Positions 7,929-10,918 of a stretch of DNA of 10,918 nt are shown here, one piece after another. Both the position numbers and the translations under genes were made by a program. Source of the DNA: Vulcanimicrobiaceae bacterium (GTDB lineage: Bacteria; Vulcanimicrobiota; Vulcanimicrobiia; Vulcanimicrobiales; Vulcanimicrobiaceae); NCBI GenBank assembly GCA_046262595.1, contig JBHEMM010000057.1, forward strand, positions 453 through 11,370. Direction: 5' to 3'. The notes beneath the pieces were generated by a model that saw nothing but the letters and a program-made list of their open reading frames with translations, did not search any database and was not told where the DNA came from. Position 1 is the first letter of the stretch. Each line of letters begins with the position of its first letter.

Positions 7929-8437
7929 TACCGCATTCCGGGGAAGCCGGCGCGTTCGAGTGCGGCGTATGCGACGATGCCTGCCGCCGTCGACAGGTTG
8001 AGGCTGCGCACGCTGTGGGGCCGCTGCGGGATGCGCAGACAGCGCTCCTGGTGCGCGTCTAAAAGTGCTTGCGGAAGTCCTTTGGTTTCCCGGCCGAACA
8101 CGAGCACGTCGCCCAGCGCGAACGGCGCATCGTTGTAGCGGCGCTGTGCGCGCGTGGAAAGGAACCAGCGCGGAAGCGCCGCAGTCGCGCGCAAAAACGC
8201 ATCGAGCGATTCATGAACGGCGACGTGCAGATGCTCCCAGTAATCCAAACCGGCGCGTTTGAGCTCGCGGTCGCCGATTGCAAAGCCGAGCGGCTGGATG
8301 AGGTGCAGCTGCGCGCCGGTCGCCGCGCACAGCCGCGCGACGTTGCCCGTGTTCGGGGGAATCTCGGGCTCGACCAGCGCGATATGAAGCGGCGCCTCGC
8401 AAAGCACCTGCGCGGTGATGCGGTCGTGCGGCTGCAT
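7928..8437 (-). CDS. trmL: tRNA (cytidine/uridine(34)-2'-O)-methyltransferase, SPOUT family, 169 aa
   Basis: Contains LVEPEIPPNTGNVARLCAATG..LHLI.PLGF, LKRAGLDYW, FGRETKGLP and RSLNLS. Start taken as ATG 8437, in a TGATG overlap with the upstream gene, not 8605. Confidence 0.96.
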   Translation of the reverse strand: MQPHDRITAQVLCEAPLHIALVEPEIPPNTGNVARLCAATGAQLHLIQPLGFAIGDRELKRAGLDYWEHLHVAVHESLDAFLRATAALPRWFLSTRAQRRYNDAPFALGDVLVFGRETKGLPQALLDAHQERCLRIPQRPHSVRSLNLSTAAGIVAYAALERAGFPGMR

Positions 8438-9297
8438 CAGCCGTTGACGATGCGCACGAAGTCGCGTCCGACCGGCGCAACCACGTACGCGACGCCGTTG
8501 CTGCGCTGCCACACGCGCTCCACCGCCGCACGCGGGTAGACGACGCGCACGTTCGCAGCCGCGGGATCGTTGATCGCGCAGTCGCCGTGCGCCGTGAACC
8601 CGCACAGCACGGCAAGATGCCCGTCGGAATGTTCGAGCGGCGCGCCGGGCAGTTCCTCGCCCGACCAGCTGTACGAAATGGCGATCGGAATGTTCGCGGC
8701 GATCAGCCGCTGCGCGTGATCCAGATTACGCAGGTACACGACCGCCGCGCGCAGGCCCAAACTACCGCTGAACGCGACGTTGAATGCCCAATTCCCCGTT
8801 CCGTTGTAGGCACGATCGAAAACCGCCCGCGCGGTCGCCGCGGCGTCATAGTCAATGCCGTGATATGCGTGCAGCATCGAGAGGGAAGTGGGACTGCACC
8901 ACCCGCGTTCTCCCTCGACGACGTACTGCGAGCGCGCCGGAACGTCGAGAATGCATGCTGTTCCCAAATAGGGCAGCGACGGCGCTGCGTGAACGGGCGC
9001 GGCGAAAGCGAGCGCCTTGAACTCCACGCCGTCGGCACGCAGCTCGATGCCGTCGAACGGCTGCGTGCAGCGTACCACGTCGGTATCGACGCGCACGCCC
9101 TCGTGCTCGGGGCTGAACGAAAGGCGCCCGTCGCTGCTCCATTGCGCGTATTTGAGCCAAGGGCTTGCGGGCTTGCGCGCGCGCAAAATACGGAACTCGA
9201 GCACACCGCGATCGGCGAACGTGTTCCAGCTGATGACGCCCTCGCGTGCGGGCTCTTCGAAGGTGAGGGCCGCGGCTTCCTCAACGCCTAATTTCAT
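8437..9297 (-). CDS. Peptidase C39-like (papain-fold cysteine peptidase) with an N-terminal accessory domain, about 286 aa
   Basis: RSQY....GWCSPTSLSM (Gln and catalytic Cys, 8898-8896), YNGTGNWAFN, GHLAVLCGF (His, 8619-8617) and INDPA (Asp, 8568-8566). No signal peptide is visible. The start may be ATG 9297 or GTG 9306. Confidence 0.85.
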   Translation of the reverse strand: MKLGVEEAAALTFEEPAREGVISWNTFADRGVLEFRILRARKPASPWLKYAQWSSDGRLSFSPEHEGVRVDTDVVRCTQPFDGIELRADGVEFKALAFAAPVHAAPSLPYLGTACILDVPARSQYVVEGERGWCSPTSLSMLHAYHGIDYDAAATARAVFDRAYNGTGNWAFNVAFSGSLGLRAAVVYLRNLDHAQRLIAANIPIAISYSWSGEELPGAPLEHSDGHLAVLCGFTAHGDCAINDPAAANVRVVYPRAAVERVWQRSNGVAYVVAPVGRDFVRIVNG

Positions 9298-9316
9298 GCT
9301 CAGCACCGGACTGCCG

Positions 9317-10858
9317 CTACATCTCCCATTGATACGCGTTCCACGTGTCTTGAATGAACGCCGCCGGCCGCAGGTTCTTCATGTCGGAGTTGACCGCATT
9401 GTACTCGTTCTCCCAGTAAAAGAACACCGCGGGAACGAGCTGATGAATGCGCATCTCTTCCTGCTGATACAGTTGCTTGCGTTTGGCCGTGTCGAACGTT
9501 TCGGAGGCGGCTTGCGCGGTGCGATCGACAATGGGATCGCTCAGCCAGCTGTCGTTCGATCCGTGCGGTGGAATGCAGCTCGTCACCCACTCGCACGCGT
9601 TGTCCGGGTCCGGCCCGTTCGTATTGACCGACCACTCCAAGTCGTAGTTGCCGGTGTAGAGCGGGCCGGAGCGATCGAACAGCACGTTGACCGGATAGTT
9701 GTGAATTTGAATGTCGATGCCCAGCTGGTGCAGCTGGCTTTGAATCTGCAGTTCCGCCTGCTGGTTCTCTTGTTTGTTGGTGCCCGTCGAGATCGACAGG
9801 CGCAGCGTTTGCCCGGCGCGGTGCAGGAGCCGGTCGGGACCCATCGTCCAGCCCGCCTGCGCGAGCAGCCGTTTCGCATCGGCCTGATCGTAGTTGTAGC
9901 GCGGAATCTGGGGCGCCGCCCACGACAGCGGAAATACGTCGCTGGTTGCAAGCTGATTATAGCCGTGATAAACCGTGTCGTTGATCCACTTCCAGTCGAT
10001 GCCTTCGGCGAGCGCCAAGCGCACGCGCCGGTCTTTGAGCGCCGGGCGGCTCATGTTCATGCCCATGTGACGCCAATTCGCAATCAGCCGTTTGCTCACC
10101 GTGATGCCGTGAATGCTCGAGAGGCGCGGCACGTCGTTTTCGTTCACGCCGAGTTCCACATCAATCTCGTGCGTCTGCAAAAGATTGAACAGCGTGTTGA
10201 CGTCGGGGATGACTTTCCAGAGCACCTTCACTTTGGGTTTTCCGCGGAAGTAATACGGATTCGGAACGAACGAGAGCAGACTGCCGTGGTTCCATTCCTT
10301 GAGTACGAACGGGCCGCTGGAAAGCGGCTTGCGATTGAAATCGGCGCGATTCAAATCGTGAAGCTTGCCGAGGACGTGCTCGGGCAACGGCGGATATGCG
10401 GCGCCGCCGAACGCGAGGTTGCCCAAGAATGAGGCATCCGGCTTTTTAAGATGCACCACGATCGTGTAGAGATCGGGCGTCTGGACGGAGGCAATGTCGT
10501 CCCAACCGAGCGTCGTCTTCACGTTGTTGGCAACGTTCATAACGCTGTGATACGTGAAGAGCCAATCGTTCGCGGTCAGCGGGACGCCGTCGGCCCACTT
10601 CGCATCCTTGCGCATGTGCAGCGTGATCGTCAGGTTGTCTTTGCTGATGCCGCCGATCAGGCCGTCCACCTGGTCCGAGGCGTCGTTGTGCCCGTAGAAC
10701 GGATTCAAACTATCCGGCTCGTCCGAATTGCCGACGCGGACGGTTCCCGCCACCGTCCAGCTGTTGCGTCCGCCATTGCGAGCGGCGTGCGATCCTTGCG
10801 AGCACGCGTTGAACACGAGTGCGGCCGTTAAGAGCAGTGCGCTCAAGCGTGCGTTCAT
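9317..10858 (-). CDS. ABC transporter family 5 (peptide/nickel, OppA/DppA-like) solute-binding lipoprotein with an apparent internal in-frame deletion
   Basis: Lipoprotein signal with lipobox FNAC (Cys codon 10804-10802). Contains EPDSLNP, TITLHMRKDAKWADGVPLTAND..FT, SGPFVLKEW and LKDRRVR.AL..GID. Alternative TTG start at 10861. Confidence 0.92.
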   Translation of the reverse strand: MNARLSALLLTAALVFNACSQGSHAARNGGRNSWTVAGTVRVGNSDEPDSLNPFYGHNDASDQVDGLIGGISKDNLTITLHMRKDAKWADGVPLTANDWLFTYHSVMNVANNVKTTLGWDDIASVQTPDLYTIVVHLKKPDASFLGNLAFGGAAYPPLPEHVLGKLHDLNRADFNRKPLSSGPFVLKEWNHGSLLSFVPNPYYFRGKPKVKVLWKVIPDVNTLFNLLQTHEIDVELGVNENDVPRLSSIHGITVSKRLIANWRHMGMNMSRPALKDRRVRLALAEGIDWKWINDTVYHGYNQLATSDVFPLSWAAPQIPRYNYDQADAKRLLAQAGWTMGPDRLLHRAGQTLRLSISTGTNKQENQQAELQIQSQLHQLGIDIQIHNYPVNVLFDRSGPLYTGNYDLEWSVNTNGPDPDNACEWVTSCIPPHGSNDSWLSDPIVDRTAQAASETFDTAKRKQLYQQEEMRIHQLVPAVFFYWENEYNAVNSDMKNLRPAAFIQDTWNAYQWEM

Positions 10859-10868
10859 CAAACCGGGA

Positions 10869-10874
10869 CCTCCT
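10869..10874 (-). promoter_or_regulatory. Shine-Dalgarno sequence for the solute-binding protein gene
   Basis: AGGAGG on the minus strand, 7 nt before TTG 10861 and 10 nt before ATG 10858. Confidence 0.8.
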
Positions 10875-10918
10875 GAGAAAGTGGTGCGCGTTTGCCCAGC
10901 GTAGGTGCGATCGCATCC

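Noticed and set aside
8438..8605. N-terminal extension of the trmL ORF
   Set aside because: Arg-rich alternative-frame read of the peptidase 3' end. The TGATG overlap marks the start at 8437.
9017..10432. 471-aa plus-strand ORF opposite the solute-binding protein
   Set aside because: Codon-register antisense shadow of a well-supported gene, with no recognisable motifs.
10875..10918. Possible promoter, operator or riboswitch upstream of the SBP gene, and the 68-aa ORF 10710-10916
   Set aside because: Only about 45 nt are visible, with no convincing -10/-35 elements or RNA structure. The ORF overlaps the SBP gene out of frame and has no recognisable features.
1..10918. CRISPR arrays, tRNA/rRNA, IS elements, prophage or defence genes
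   Set aside because: Nearly all bases are accounted for by abutting housekeeping or envelope CDSs. I saw no spaced repeats, terminal inverted repeats or transposase/integrase motifs.

Overview
GC-rich, very gene-dense bacterial chromosomal segment made of two convergent, translationally coupled gene strings. Plus strand: the 3' part of an LpxB-like (lipid-A-disaccharide synthase family) glycosyltransferase, then an alternating GT2-GT9-GT2-GT9-GT2 glycosyltransferase run (probable LPS core/glycolipid synthesis), aspS (with non-discriminating-type His/Gly residues) and a small secreted two-Cys protein with a TonB-C-terminal-like motif. Minus strand: a family 5 (OppA/DppA-like) ABC solute-binding lipoprotein, a C39-like cysteine peptidase, trmL and a family 5 uracil-DNA glycosylase (udgB). 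The two strings meet with an 8-nt 3' overlap at 7233-7240. The most striking anomaly is an apparent in-frame loss of roughly 30 normally conserved residues near the N-terminus of the solute-binding protein (junction 10655/10654). No RNA genes, mobile elements or CRISPR arrays were recognised. The gene style suggests a diderm Terrabacteria lineage such as Ca. Eremiobacterota/Vulcanimicrobiota; this is inference only.
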